A stretch of 64,000 bases of DNA from Gemmatimonadales bacterium (GTDB lineage: Bacteria; Gemmatimonadota; Gemmatimonadetes; Gemmatimonadales; GWC2-71-9): positions 2,394-66,393 of the forward strand of contig JBDSMU010000069.1 of the NCBI GenBank assembly GCA_039915685.1, written 5' to 3'. How positions within the stretch are numbered: position 1 is the first letter of the stretch; each line of letters starts with the position of its first letter. Under the pieces are notes generated by a model. It was not told the origin of the DNA and did not search any database. It saw only the letters and a program-made list of their open reading frames with translations. Both the position numbers and the translations under genes were made by a program. This document shows positions 18,154 through 27,269 of the stretch, piece after piece.

Positions 18154-19797
18154 CTACCGCTCGAACACGACCTTGCCTCCGACAACGGTGAGCATCACCC
18201 GGGCAGCAGCAATACTGTCGACCGGCACGGTCCGAATATCACGATCGAGGATCACCACATCTGCGAGTGCGCCCGGTCGGAGGATACCCCGCCGCTGCTC
18301 GGCGAACACGCCCCTGGCGTTGGCAGAGGTGTAGGCCCGGAGCGCGTCGTCGATGGATATCCGCTGCTCGGGGACCCATCCCCCGGGGTTCAGGCCATCA
18401 AGGGTTTTCCGGGTAACCGCCGCCCAGATTCCCAGAAGCGGATTGAGTGGGGCGACCACCCAGTCGGAACCGAACATCAGCGTGGCACCTGCATCAAGCA
18501 GCGATCGGAACGCGTAGGTCCCGGCGATCTGGGGCGGCCGGATCCGCTTGGCCGCCCAACGCCCATCGTCAGCGGCGTGGTAGGGTTGCATCGATGGCAG
18601 CACACCGAGTGCGGCGATGCGGGTGATGTCGGCAGGCGTGAGGTGCTGGGCGTGCTCGATGCGGAATCGTCGATCTCGGGCGCCGTGCGTGGTGGCGACT
18701 GAGTCGTAAATATCGAGCAACAGTCCATTGGCGCGGTCACCGATCGCATGCACGATCACCTGCAGGCCCGAGGAATCCGCGGCGCCTATCCACTGCCTCA
18801 GCGAGTCCTCTGGCGTCACGAACAGTCCGCTCTGGGTGGGCTCGTCGAGGTACGGATCGAAGAAAAGCGCCGTGGTCGACCCGAGCGACCCGTCAACAAA
18901 TCCCTTCACACCGGCGAGGCGGATCCAGTCGTCGCCAGCGCCCTCCACGCCCATCGTGTCGGCAACACGCCGCCAGTCGGCCAAGGGCGGATAGAGTGCC
19001 ACGCGGACGGTTTGCGTCCCAGCCTGCCGCGCTCGCCGGAAGGCTGCCACCTCCGCCCATGACGCCGAAACCGCAGAGACCGCGGTAATTCCAAGCGAGT
19101 TGGCGTGGTGCATCGCCTTGGAGACCGCCGAATCGACCTGATCCGGACGGGGCGCCGGCATGATCATGAACACGGGACCCATTGCCTCGTCTTTCAGGAC
19201 GCCAGTGAGCGCCCCGTCGGCATCGCGGACGATCGTTCCGCCGGCGATTTCACTCGACGAGCTCGAAAGCCCAGCGAGCATGAGGGCGCGGGAGTTTGCC
19301 AGGCCCATGTGCCCGTCGAGTCGCTGGATGAAGACCGGATTGTCGGGCGTGACCGAGTCGATCCACTGCCGCCGCGGCAGCGGTGCGCCAGGCCATCGTT
19401 CGTGATCCCAGGTGCCTCCAAGTATCCATTCACCCGGCTTGAGTGTCGCGGCGTACACCCGGATTCGACGCACAAATTCCTCGGGTGTCGCCGCATCGCG
19501 CAGGTCGACGAACCCCAGCTGGAAACCGCCGTCGGAAAAGTGGACATGACCATCGGCGAAAGCCGGGAGTATCAGGCCGGCGCCCGCCATGATGACCCGG
19601 GTCCTCGGTCCGACGTGCTCCGCGATCTCGGCACTGTCCCCGACGGCCAGCACGGTATCCCCGCGGATCGCGATTGCCCGTGACTCGGCGCGACTGGAGT
19701 TACCGCTCCACACGGTCCCATAAATCGCGAGGTCGGCGGAACCGCCGCCGGGCTCGCAGGCTGCGGCGGCGATGGCGAGGAGCAGGGTCGCGCGCAT
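18154..19797 (-). CDS. Amidohydrolase family protein (YtcJ-like, secreted)
   Basis: N-terminal signal/lipobox-like sequence, metal-binding ADGHVHF, HAIGD, and a C-terminal ..GALADVVILDRD motif. Confidence 0.85.
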   Translation of the reverse strand: MRATLLLAIAAAACEPGGGSADLAIYGTVWSGNSSRAESRAIAIRGDTVLAVGDSAEIAEHVGPRTRVIMAGAGLILPAFADGHVHFSDGGFQLGFVDLRDAATPEEFVRRIRVYAATLKPGEWILGGTWDHERWPGAPLPRRQWIDSVTPDNPVFIQRLDGHMGLANSRALMLAGLSSSSSEIAGGTIVRDADGALTGVLKDEAMGPVFMIMPAPRPDQVDSAVSKAMHHANSLGITAVSAVSASWAEVAAFRRARQAGTQTVRVALYPPLADWRRVADTMGVEGAGDDWIRLAGVKGFVDGSLGSTTALFFDPYLDEPTQSGLFVTPEDSLRQWIGAADSSGLQVIVHAIGDRANGLLLDIYDSVATTHGARDRRFRIEHAQHLTPADITRIAALGVLPSMQPYHAADDGRWAAKRIRPPQIAGTYAFRSLLDAGATLMFGSDWVVAPLNPLLGIWAAVTRKTLDGLNPGGWVPEQRISIDDALRAYTSANARGVFAEQRRGILRPGALADVVILDRDIRTVPVDSIAAARVMLTVVGGKVVFER

Positions 19798-19808
19798 GAT
19801 GCCTCCTA

Positions 19809-20096
19809 TTACCGGCGGGTCAGTCGCCGAAACGACTCGAGTTGCTCGAGCGCCGTCTTGCCGGTCGACGCCGGCGCGGCTGGGGTGACGGAGAAGAGGT
19901 CGCGAATATCGAGCAGGATCTCCAGCATGAGCTGATCGCGCATGAAGCCGTTGTCGAGTTCGACCATGCGGTGCTCGTCGCTGCCAGACCGCGCGCGTTC
20001 GTAAGATTCGCGGTAAATCTGCTCAAGATTGTTGAGTATCCGTTCCCTGTTGCGCATGCTGGTCTCGTCGAGGTGGGACTGCCAATATGTGCGCAC
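19809..20096 (-). CDS. Small hypothetical protein (helical, 95 aa)
   Basis: Only a reasonable ORF with coding-like composition between two supported genes. No family recognised. Confidence 0.4.
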   Translation of the reverse strand: MRTYWQSHLDETSMRNRERILNNLEQIYRESYERARSGSDEHRMVELDNGFMRDQLMLEILLDIRDLFSVTPAAPASTGKTALEQLESFRRLTRR

Positions 20097-20169
20097 GGAG
20101 CGGATGGATGAAGGGCGCGAACGCGCCGCCTGCGCCAGCCGTTAGCTTTCAGGGTACCCTGGAGGTGCC

Positions 20170-20685
20170 ATGTCGCTTTCGAATCGCCGAATCCTGTTCT
20201 TTGCCGCTCCGTACTATGAAGATCTGGAGCTCTGGTATCCCAAGCTCCGACTCGAGGAGGAAGGCGCCACCACGGTCGTTGCCGGCCTCGGCGAGGCCAC
20301 CTATCAGGGCAAGCGCGGCTACCCGCTCACTGTCGACACCTCAGTCGATCATGTCGACGCGGCCGACTTTGATGCCTTGGTGATCCCTGGCGGCTGGGCC
20401 CCCGACATCATGCGCCGGAACGCGCGCCTGCTGGACATAACCCGTGCGTTCCACGAGGCTGAGAAGCCGATCGCGTTCATCTGTCACGCCGGTTGGGTTC
20501 CGATTTCCGCTGGCATTGTGCGGGGCCGGCGCGGGACATCGGTCAGCGCCATTCGGGACGACCTCGTCAACGCGGGCATGCACTGGGAAGACAGTCCCGT
20601 GGTTGTCGATGGCAACCTGATTTCGTCTCGCACGCCCGCTGACCTCGGAGACTTCTGCAAGGCGCTGATCGCCGCGCTGCGATGA
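20170..20685 (+). CDS. DJ-1/PfpI family protein (type-1 glutamine amidotransferase-like)
   Basis: ALVIPGGWAPD and the nucleophile elbow AFICHAGW. Confidence 0.9.
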   Translation: MSLSNRRILFFAAPYYEDLELWYPKLRLEEEGATTVVAGLGEATYQGKRGYPLTVDTSVDHVDAADFDALVIPGGWAPDIMRRNARLLDITRAFHEAEKPIAFICHAGWVPISAGIVRGRRGTSVSAIRDDLVNAGMHWEDSPVVVDGNLISSRTPADLGDFCKALIAALR

Positions 20686-21005
20686 CCGGCGCGCTCGGCG
20701 ATCGGCAGCAACAGGTCGATACCTGGATTTCCCAGTTCGAGGCCGGCTACTTCGACCCGCTCACCAACACGGCCCGGTTGGCCGAAGAGGTCGGCGAGCT
20801 CGCCCGCGAGGTGAACCATCGGTTCGGGCAGAAGACGAAGAAACCGACCGAGGCCGCCGGCGACCTCGCGATGGAGATGGCCGACATCCTCTTCGTCATC
20901 ATCTGCATGGCGAACCGCGAGGACATCGATCTCGATGAGGCGTTTGACCGGATGATGGACAAGGTGGCACAACGCGACGACTCCAGATGGAAGAAGAAAT
21001 CATGA
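20682..21005 (+). CDS. MazG-like nucleotide pyrophosphohydrolase
   Basis: EEVGELAREV ... EMADILFVIICMAN motifs. ATGA overlap with the upstream gene. Confidence 0.85.
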   Translation: MTGALGDRQQQVDTWISQFEAGYFDPLTNTARLAEEVGELAREVNHRFGQKTKKPTEAAGDLAMEMADILFVIICMANREDIDLDEAFDRMMDKVAQRDDSRWKKKS

Positions 21006-22255
21006 AACTCCACGGGTTGTTGGTTGCCGCGTGGATCCTGACGGCGTGTTCGCCGCTCACGCCACAGGAACTCGGGCCACGAATCGACAAGCTCGCGGCG
21101 GCTGGCGACACCGCGGCGCTGGCGAGCCTCGCCCATGATCACTGCCGCGCCACGTCCGGCGACGACCGGCAGGCGTGCCTCGAGGACTACTTCCTGACCC
21201 TTGCAGCGGGCCATCGAGTGCGCCTCGCGCTGGGGGCGCTGGAACGCCTCGGAGCAAGCGAGGACGAGGTCGCGCGCGAGGGCCATGGCTACACGCACGT
21301 GATCGGCATCCGTGCATGGAAGCCGGGTGACGACGTGGCGGACGTGTTTCGCAGTTGCACCGGACTCTATCAATCGGGCTGCTATCACGGCGTGATTCAG
21401 GCCTATCTCACCGAGGGTGGCGTGCTCGATTCGGCCCGCGCCACCAGCCTCTGCGACCAGGTGGCCGCGGCACCGGAAGACCGGTGGCTGCGCTTCCAGT
21501 GCGTGCACGGGCTCGGCCACGGGTTCGAGATGGCGCTTGCGTGGGAGCTCCCGCGTGCCCTCTCAAGTTGCGACTGGCTGGCGACCTGGTGGGACCGCGA
21601 GTCGTGCTACGGTGGAGCGTTCATGGAGAACGCTGTGGCATCGCAACCTGGACGCCATCACACGTCGGCGCGCGCGCTTGCGGCGTCCGCCGAACCGGTG
21701 CCCGCCGGGCACGCAGGACACGGCGGCCACATGCCCGACCCGGGCGTGATCTCTTTCCGGATGCGCGATTCCACTGATGCGCTCTATCCCTGCACGGTGC
21801 TTGACCAGCGTTACCTGCGCTCGTGTTTCCAGGTACAGGGCGGGATCATCCTCAACGCCTCCGGTCAGGACTTCGGGAAAGCAGCAACGGAGTGCAACCG
21901 TGCACCGGAGGGGTTCCGTCGGGAGTGCTACCTGAGTCTCGGCACGAACGCCAGCGGATCCACCGGGCAATCGACCGACGAGTCGATCAAGCAGTGTCGC
22001 AAGGGGGATCCGACGTACCAGCCGTGGTGCTTCGTGGGAGCGGTCAAGAATTTCATCGACGTGACGGCGCGACCCGAGGATGGCATCAGGTTTTGCCGAG
22101 ACGTGGCACCGGGAGAAAACCGGGTTCAGTGCTGGCGGGCGGTGGGCGAACAGATCGCCACGCTGTATCCAACCGACCCGATGCGCCGCACGGCTGCATG
22201 TGCGCTCGCTGCGGCCGATGGTGTGGCGCCCTGCAGACTCGGCGCGCTGCTGTAG
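21002..22255 (+). CDS. Cys-repeat lipoprotein, hypothetical, with a His-rich insert
   Basis: Lipobox LTAC after MKLHGLLVAAWI. About seven spaced C-x2-G-type repeats (GCYHGV, QCVHGLGHG, SCYGGA, SCFQVQGG, ECYLSLG, WCFVGA, QCWRAVG). PAGHAGHGGHMP stretch. ATGA overlap with mazG. Confidence 0.6.
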   Translation: MKLHGLLVAAWILTACSPLTPQELGPRIDKLAAAGDTAALASLAHDHCRATSGDDRQACLEDYFLTLAAGHRVRLALGALERLGASEDEVAREGHGYTHVIGIRAWKPGDDVADVFRSCTGLYQSGCYHGVIQAYLTEGGVLDSARATSLCDQVAAAPEDRWLRFQCVHGLGHGFEMALAWELPRALSSCDWLATWWDRESCYGGAFMENAVASQPGRHHTSARALAASAEPVPAGHAGHGGHMPDPGVISFRMRDSTDALYPCTVLDQRYLRSCFQVQGGIILNASGQDFGKAATECNRAPEGFRRECYLSLGTNASGSTGQSTDESIKQCRKGDPTYQPWCFVGAVKNFIDVTARPEDGIRFCRDVAPGENRVQCWRAVGEQIATLYPTDPMRRTAACALAAADGVAPCRLGALL

Positions 22256-22264
22256 CGCCGGTCT

Positions 22265-23173
22265 TCACTCCCAGTCGCGCGGCATTGCCTCGAGTTCCTC
22301 GAGAATCGCGAGGTAACTGGCGTAGCGAACCTCACCCACCGTCCCTGACCTGACCAGTTCCCGCACTGCACAACCGGGTTCGGTGCGGTGCAGGCAGTCC
22401 CCGAAACGGCACTCGCCATGCACCGGCCGGAACTCCGGGAAGCAATCAGCAAGTCCCGGCAGCTCGACATCCCACACACCCACATCGCTGAATCCCGGTG
22501 TGTCGACGACGAACCCGCCCACCGCCAGCGGCACCATCTCGGCGGTGACGGTGGTATGCGTGCCGCGACCAACCTTGCGGGAGACCTCTCCCACTCGCAG
22601 GCCGAGCCCGGGTTCAAGGGCGTTGAGGAGGGAGGACTTGCCCGCGCCGCTGGGCCCGGTGAACACCGACACATGATCGGCCAGCAGATTGCGCAAGGCA
22701 TCGATCCCGGTGCCCGCCTTGGCGGCGGTGTCGAAGATGGGGTATCCGGTGCCTGCCAAGTGATGCCGCACTGACTCCGACGACGCGATGTCGACCTTGT
22801 TGACCACTACCGACGCCGCGATGCTATTCGCCTCCGCCACAACCAGCAGTCGGTCGATGAGCTGCGGAATCGGCTCCGGCGTGGCGGCGGCAGTCACGAC
22901 AACAACCTGTTCGACATTGGCCGCTACCGGCCTCGTGCCGCGGCCATCGGGGACACGCCGCGCCAGCAGCGTGCTGCGCTCCTCGACCGCGTCGATACCG
23001 AGGACCTCGGCGTCGAGGGTGGTCGGATCGATCCGAACCCTGTCGCCTGCCACTGCCCGCTCGACTTGGCGCTTCGCCTTGCCGCGCAACACGGCGGCGC
23101 GCTCGCGTCCATCGATGAGGACGCGATAGGTACCGCCGTCGCGGGCCAGTACGATGCCGATGGGTTCAGTCAG
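22265..23173 (-). CDS. rsgA: Ribosome small-subunit-dependent GTPase A
   Basis: G-domain motifs NKVD, GPSGAGKSSL, DTPG and the C-terminal zinc knuckle C..C.H...C. The OB-fold N-terminus GIVLARDGGTYRVLIDGRERAAVLRG lies upstream of the first canonical start (GTG 23092). Start proposed at CTG 23173-23171. Confidence 0.8.
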   Translation of the reverse strand: MTEPIGIVLARDGGTYRVLIDGRERAAVLRGKAKRQVERAVAGDRVRIDPTTLDAEVLGIDAVEERSTLLARRVPDGRGTRPVAANVEQVVVVTAAATPEPIPQLIDRLLVVAEANSIAASVVVNKVDIASSESVRHHLAGTGYPIFDTAAKAGTGIDALRNLLADHVSVFTGPSGAGKSSLLNALEPGLGLRVGEVSRKVGRGTHTTVTAEMVPLAVGGFVVDTPGFSDVGVWDVELPGLADCFPEFRPVHGECRFGDCLHRTEPGCAVRELVRSGTVGEVRYASYLAILEELEAMPRDWE

Positions 23174-23460
23174 AAGTCCCCCGGCCGACCGGCGGCGATC
23201 AGTTCATCAAGCGTCGCCTTGACGTCATAAAGCGAGAGTGCGCCGAGGCGCTGTTCGGCCTCGCCCGGCGTGCGTCCCCACACGATGTAATCACTCTCGT
23301 GATGACCATCTGGATTGTCGCCCGACGCATTCCACCGGACGAACAGCAACGCCCCACCATAGCGGGCCTGCGAGTCGGGTTCTTCGTCGACCCAAAGCGC
23401 AACTGAATAGGCGTTACCGTCACTGCCAGTGAACGCGGCGGCGCGATCGTGAAGCGCCAT
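23170..23460 (-). CDS. Hypothetical protein (96 aa)
   Basis: ORF with high GC3. ATG 23460 is preceded by GGTGGG. Its stop overlaps the proposed rsgA start (CTGA). Confidence 0.45.
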   Translation of the reverse strand: MALHDRAAAFTGSDGNAYSVALWVDEEPDSQARYGGALLFVRWNASGDNPDGHHESDYIVWGRTPGEAEQRLGALSLYDVKATLDELIAAGRPGDF

Positions 23461-23483
23461 GTACCCACCGAGTGTGACCTCGC

Positions 23484-24413
23484 TCACGAACGGCTCATGC
23501 CTTCCTTGATCACGTTGCCCAGGATGAACGTGATGTTGGCCGGCCGTTCCGCCAGCCGGCGCATGAGGTACGGGTACCACTGTGAGCCGAACGGGAGATA
23601 GATGCGCATCCGGAATCCTTCGCGCACCAGCGCGTCTTGCAGGTCGCGACGCACGCCGTAGAGCATCTGGAACTCGAAGCGATCAGGGGCGATGCCATTC
23701 TCGGCGACAAAGCGGCGCGCGTGCTCGATCATGGCCTCGTCGTGGGTCGCGATTCCGGGAAAGTTGCCGTCGGTGAGGAGGCGCTCCATCAGCCGGATAT
23801 AGTGGGCATCGACGTCCTTCTTGTCCGGATACGCCACCGAGGGCGGCTCGAGATAGGCACCCTTGCAAAGTCGTACCCGCGCGCCGAGCGCGATCAGGCG
23901 CTCGATGTCGGCGGTGGAGCGCCGTAATGCGGCTTGGATCACCACGCCTGTCTGACCGATGAACGCGGGTGCCAACTCCTCAAAGAAATCGAGGGTACGC
24001 TGGGTGTAGGCGCTGCTCTCCATGTCGATGCGGACGAATCCATCTGTCTCGCGAGCGACGTCGAGAATCGCGCGAATGCTCGCCTGATAGAGTGCCGGGT
24101 CGATGTCGAGGCCCATCTGGGTGGGCTTGAGCGAAGCGTTGACCTCAAATCCCTCCCGCTGCATCGCGCGCAAGATGTCGATGTAGGTGTCGCGCGCCGC
24201 TTCGGCCTCGGCCGGGCTCTCGACGCTCTCACCGAGCAAGTCGAGGGTGACCGCGATTCCGCGAGACTGGAGGTCGCGGGTCACGGCGAGCGCCTCGTCG
24301 AGCGTCTCGCCGGGCACGAATCGCGATGCAAAGCCCCGGGCAAGCCGGTTGCGGCGGACGAAGTTGAAGATCGATTGCTGGCGGGAGAGCCACAGCAGGG
24401 TGGTACGCATCAT
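23484..24413 (-). CDS. Proline dehydrogenase (monofunctional)
   Basis: Family-typical sequence throughout (..VTLDLLGE.., ..RLCKGAY.., ..IATHD.., ..FQMLYGV..). Start refined to ATG 24413 (MMRTTLLW). Confidence 0.85.
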   Translation of the reverse strand: MMRTTLLWLSRQQSIFNFVRRNRLARGFASRFVPGETLDEALAVTRDLQSRGIAVTLDLLGESVESPAEAEAARDTYIDILRAMQREGFEVNASLKPTQMGLDIDPALYQASIRAILDVARETDGFVRIDMESSAYTQRTLDFFEELAPAFIGQTGVVIQAALRRSTADIERLIALGARVRLCKGAYLEPPSVAYPDKKDVDAHYIRLMERLLTDGNFPGIATHDEAMIEHARRFVAENGIAPDRFEFQMLYGVRRDLQDALVREGFRMRIYLPFGSQWYPYLMRRLAERPANITFILGNVIKEGMSRS

Positions 24414-24555
24414 CTCGTCGTGGCGCCCTCGATGGGGTGAGCGGATCGATTGTCGTTTCCGGCGGGAAAGGTAGACGCTTGCGCTCATCGGCGGGACTCG
24501 CGACACTCTGCATGCCCCGCTCACGGGCTCCGTCCGTTCGCACCTTGGAGGCACC

Positions 24556-25887
24556 CTGCCGGACATCCACAACGCGTCGGTCACCTACCAGCGCCAACTC
24601 GGCCTCTTCTCTGCAACCATGATGGTGGTGGGCGGAATCATCGGCTCGGGAATATTCCTGAACCCATCGGTCGTTGCCGAGCGCGTGGGCACGGCTGGTG
24701 GGACAATGGCGGTGTGGGTTGGCGGCGCCGTGATCGCGATGATGGGTGCGTTTGTGTTCGCCGAGCTCGGACAGCGACGACCGCGGGTCGGTGGGGGCTA
24801 TGCGTACCTGCGAGAAGCCTTCGGCCCGATGGTCGGGTTCCTGTACGCGTGGGGGCTTCTACTCATCATCGCGACCGGGGCGATCGCAGCGGTCGCCATG
24901 ACGTTCGCATCGTATGCCGTACCGCTCTTCGGCTGGACGGATGCGACCCGGCAGCCGCTGGCCGGCGCCGCCATCGCGCTGCTCACGCTGGTGAACATCG
25001 TTGGTGTGCGGCCCGGTGCATGGACCCAGAACATCTTCACCATCCTGAAGCTGGCAGCGATCGCGGCGCTGGTGGCGGCGGCATTCACGGGCGCTGGCGC
25101 GCTGCCGCTTGCATCGGCCGTTGCCCTCCCGAACGCCGGCAACCCGCTGGTGGTGTTCGGAGCCGCGCTCGTGCCGGTACTGTTCGCGTTTGGCGGATGG
25201 CAGCAGACCAACTTTGTCGCCGAAGAGATGATCGACGCCGAGCGCAATCTCCCCCGCGCGCTGGTGCTGGGCGTACTGGTGGTGGTTGCGGCCTACCTGT
25301 TGGTCAACCTCGCCTACCTGCGTGCGCTTGGTATCGACGGACTCGCCGCGAGCAGCGCCCCGGCATCGGCAACGATGGCCGCCGTGTCCGGCGACACGGG
25401 CCGGCGACTGATCGCAGCCGGCATCGTCGCATCGACCTTCGGCTTCCTGAATCTCGTCATCCTTGTCTCACCCCGGGTTTACCAGGCGATGGCCCGCGAC
25501 GGGCTCTTCTTCAGTCGGTTTGCGCGACTGCATCCCAAGTGGCGCACACCGGTGTCGGCGCTGGTGATGCAGGGCGCGTGGGCCGTCGTGTTGCTGCTCT
25601 CGGGCACTTACGGTGACCTGCTCGACTACGTGGTCTTCGCCGACTGGATTTTCTTCGGCCTCACCGCCGCAACGCTCTTCGTGCTGCGGCGCCGCGATGG
25701 AGGAGCTGGCCAGGGATTCCGTGTTCCTTTCCATCCGTGGACAACCATCGCGTTCATCGCCGCATCAGCCTATGTCGTCGTGGGGTCGGTGCTTTCCAAT
25801 CCGGCCAATGCCTTGCGTGGTTCGGCGCTGCTGGCCCTCGGCATCCCCGTCTTCCTTCACTGGCGCCGGCGCGCCGTGGGAACCTGA
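24556..25887 (+). CDS. APC-family amino acid permease
   Basis: 12-TM permease with the VGGIIGSGIF signature. The conserved R-Q-LGLFSAT segment is encoded upstream of the listed ATG 24619. Start proposed at CTG 24556, 4 nt after GGAGG. Confidence 0.8.
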   Translation: MPDIHNASVTYQRQLGLFSATMMVVGGIIGSGIFLNPSVVAERVGTAGGTMAVWVGGAVIAMMGAFVFAELGQRRPRVGGGYAYLREAFGPMVGFLYAWGLLLIIATGAIAAVAMTFASYAVPLFGWTDATRQPLAGAAIALLTLVNIVGVRPGAWTQNIFTILKLAAIAALVAAAFTGAGALPLASAVALPNAGNPLVVFGAALVPVLFAFGGWQQTNFVAEEMIDAERNLPRALVLGVLVVVAAYLLVNLAYLRALGIDGLAASSAPASATMAAVSGDTGRRLIAAGIVASTFGFLNLVILVSPRVYQAMARDGLFFSRFARLHPKWRTPVSALVMQGAWAVVLLLSGTYGDLLDYVVFADWIFFGLTAATLFVLRRRDGGAGQGFRVPFHPWTTIAFIAASAYVVVGSVLSNPANALRGSALLALGIPVFLHWRRRAVGT

Positions 25888-27269
25888 TGTTCCAGCCACG
25901 CACGATCATCGAGCCATTCCGCATCAAGAGCGTCGAGCCGATCCGGCAGACCACGCGGGACGAGCGCGGCGATGCGCTCCGGCGCGCGCATTACAATCTG
26001 TTCCAGCTCCGTGCGCGTGACGTGCTGATCGACCTCCTGACTGACTCGGGCACCGGTGCGATGTCATCGCGACAGTGGGCCGGGATGATGAGGGGCGATG
26101 AGTCCTACGCTGGCGCGGATTCGTGGTTCCGGTTCCGCGATGCCGTACATGGCATCACCGGTCTCGAGCACGTGATCCCGACACACCAGGGCCGTGCTGC
26201 CGAGCGGATTCTGTTCGGTGCGCTGTGCACTCCCGGGGACATCGTCCCGAACAACACGCATTTCGATACCACGCGCGCGAATGTCGAGGCGCGTGGTGCC
26301 ACTGCGCTCGATATCCCCATCTCGGAGGGACGCGAACCGGCGACGTACCACCCCTTCAAGGGGAACATGGACCTCGACGCCCTGGAACGCGTTCTCGCCG
26401 ACAACCCGGGGCGCGTTCCCGTGGTGATGATGACGGTGACCAACAACTCCGGAGGCGGCCAGCCGGTTTCGCTGGAGAACCTGCGCGGGGCGAAGGCGAT
26501 CTGTCGCCGCCACGGTGTGCCGTTGTTTCTCGACGCGTGCCGGTTTGCAGAGAACTCCTGGTTCATCCGTGAGCGGGAGGTCGGGCACGCATCCGAGACC
26601 CCGCGGGAGATTGCACGCGCGATGTTCGCGGAGGTTGATGGCGCAACGATGAGCGCGAAAAAGGACGGGATGGCCAACATCGGCGGGTTCCTCGCGCTCA
26701 ACGACGACGATCTCGCGCGCCGCTGCCGCGACAACCTCATCCTGACGGAAGGCTTTCCGACTTACGGCGGTCTCGCGGGGTATGATCTGGAGGCGATCGC
26801 TGTCGGGCTCGACGAAGCGCTCGACGAGGACTACCTCCGCTACCGGGTGCGGTCGGTTGCGTACCTGGCCGATCGACTCGCGGCCGCCGGGATTCCGATG
26901 GTGACCCCCCCGGGCGGCCACGCGCTCTACATCGACGCCGCGGCGATGCTTCCCCATATCGCGCCCGCTGCCTACCCGGCTTGGGCCCTTTCGTGCGCAC
27001 TCTACCTCGAGGGTGGCATTCGGTCGGTCGAAATCGGGACCGTGATGTTCGGCCAGCAGCCGGATGGCACCGAGAAGCCGGCCGCAATGGAACTCGTGCG
27101 CCTCGCTTTTCCCCGGCGGGTCTACACTCAGAGCCATGTCGACTATCTGGCCGAGGTGCTGCTGTACGTCCACGAGCGGAAGGACCGGATCGGGGGATAC
27201 CGCATTCTCAGCCAGCCTCCAGCGCTGCGCCATTTCAGCGCTGAATTGGAGCCCATCGGCGGCAGCTGA
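25887..27269 (+). CDS. tnaA: Tryptophanase / tyrosine phenol-lyase family beta-eliminating lyase
   Basis: MFQPRTIIEPFRIKSVEP..., DLLTDSGTGAMS, PLP-lysine region MSAKKDGMANIGGF. Start ATG 25887 overlaps the permease stop by 1 nt. TnaA versus TPL cannot be decided by eye. Confidence 0.88.
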   Translation: MFQPRTIIEPFRIKSVEPIRQTTRDERGDALRRAHYNLFQLRARDVLIDLLTDSGTGAMSSRQWAGMMRGDESYAGADSWFRFRDAVHGITGLEHVIPTHQGRAAERILFGALCTPGDIVPNNTHFDTTRANVEARGATALDIPISEGREPATYHPFKGNMDLDALERVLADNPGRVPVVMMTVTNNSGGGQPVSLENLRGAKAICRRHGVPLFLDACRFAENSWFIREREVGHASETPREIARAMFAEVDGATMSAKKDGMANIGGFLALNDDDLARRCRDNLILTEGFPTYGGLAGYDLEAIAVGLDEALDEDYLRYRVRSVAYLADRLAAAGIPMVTPPGGHALYIDAAAMLPHIAPAAYPAWALSCALYLEGGIRSVEIGTVMFGQQPDGTEKPAAMELVRLAFPRRVYTQSHVDYLAEVLLYVHERKDRIGGYRILSQPPALRHFSAELEPIGGS

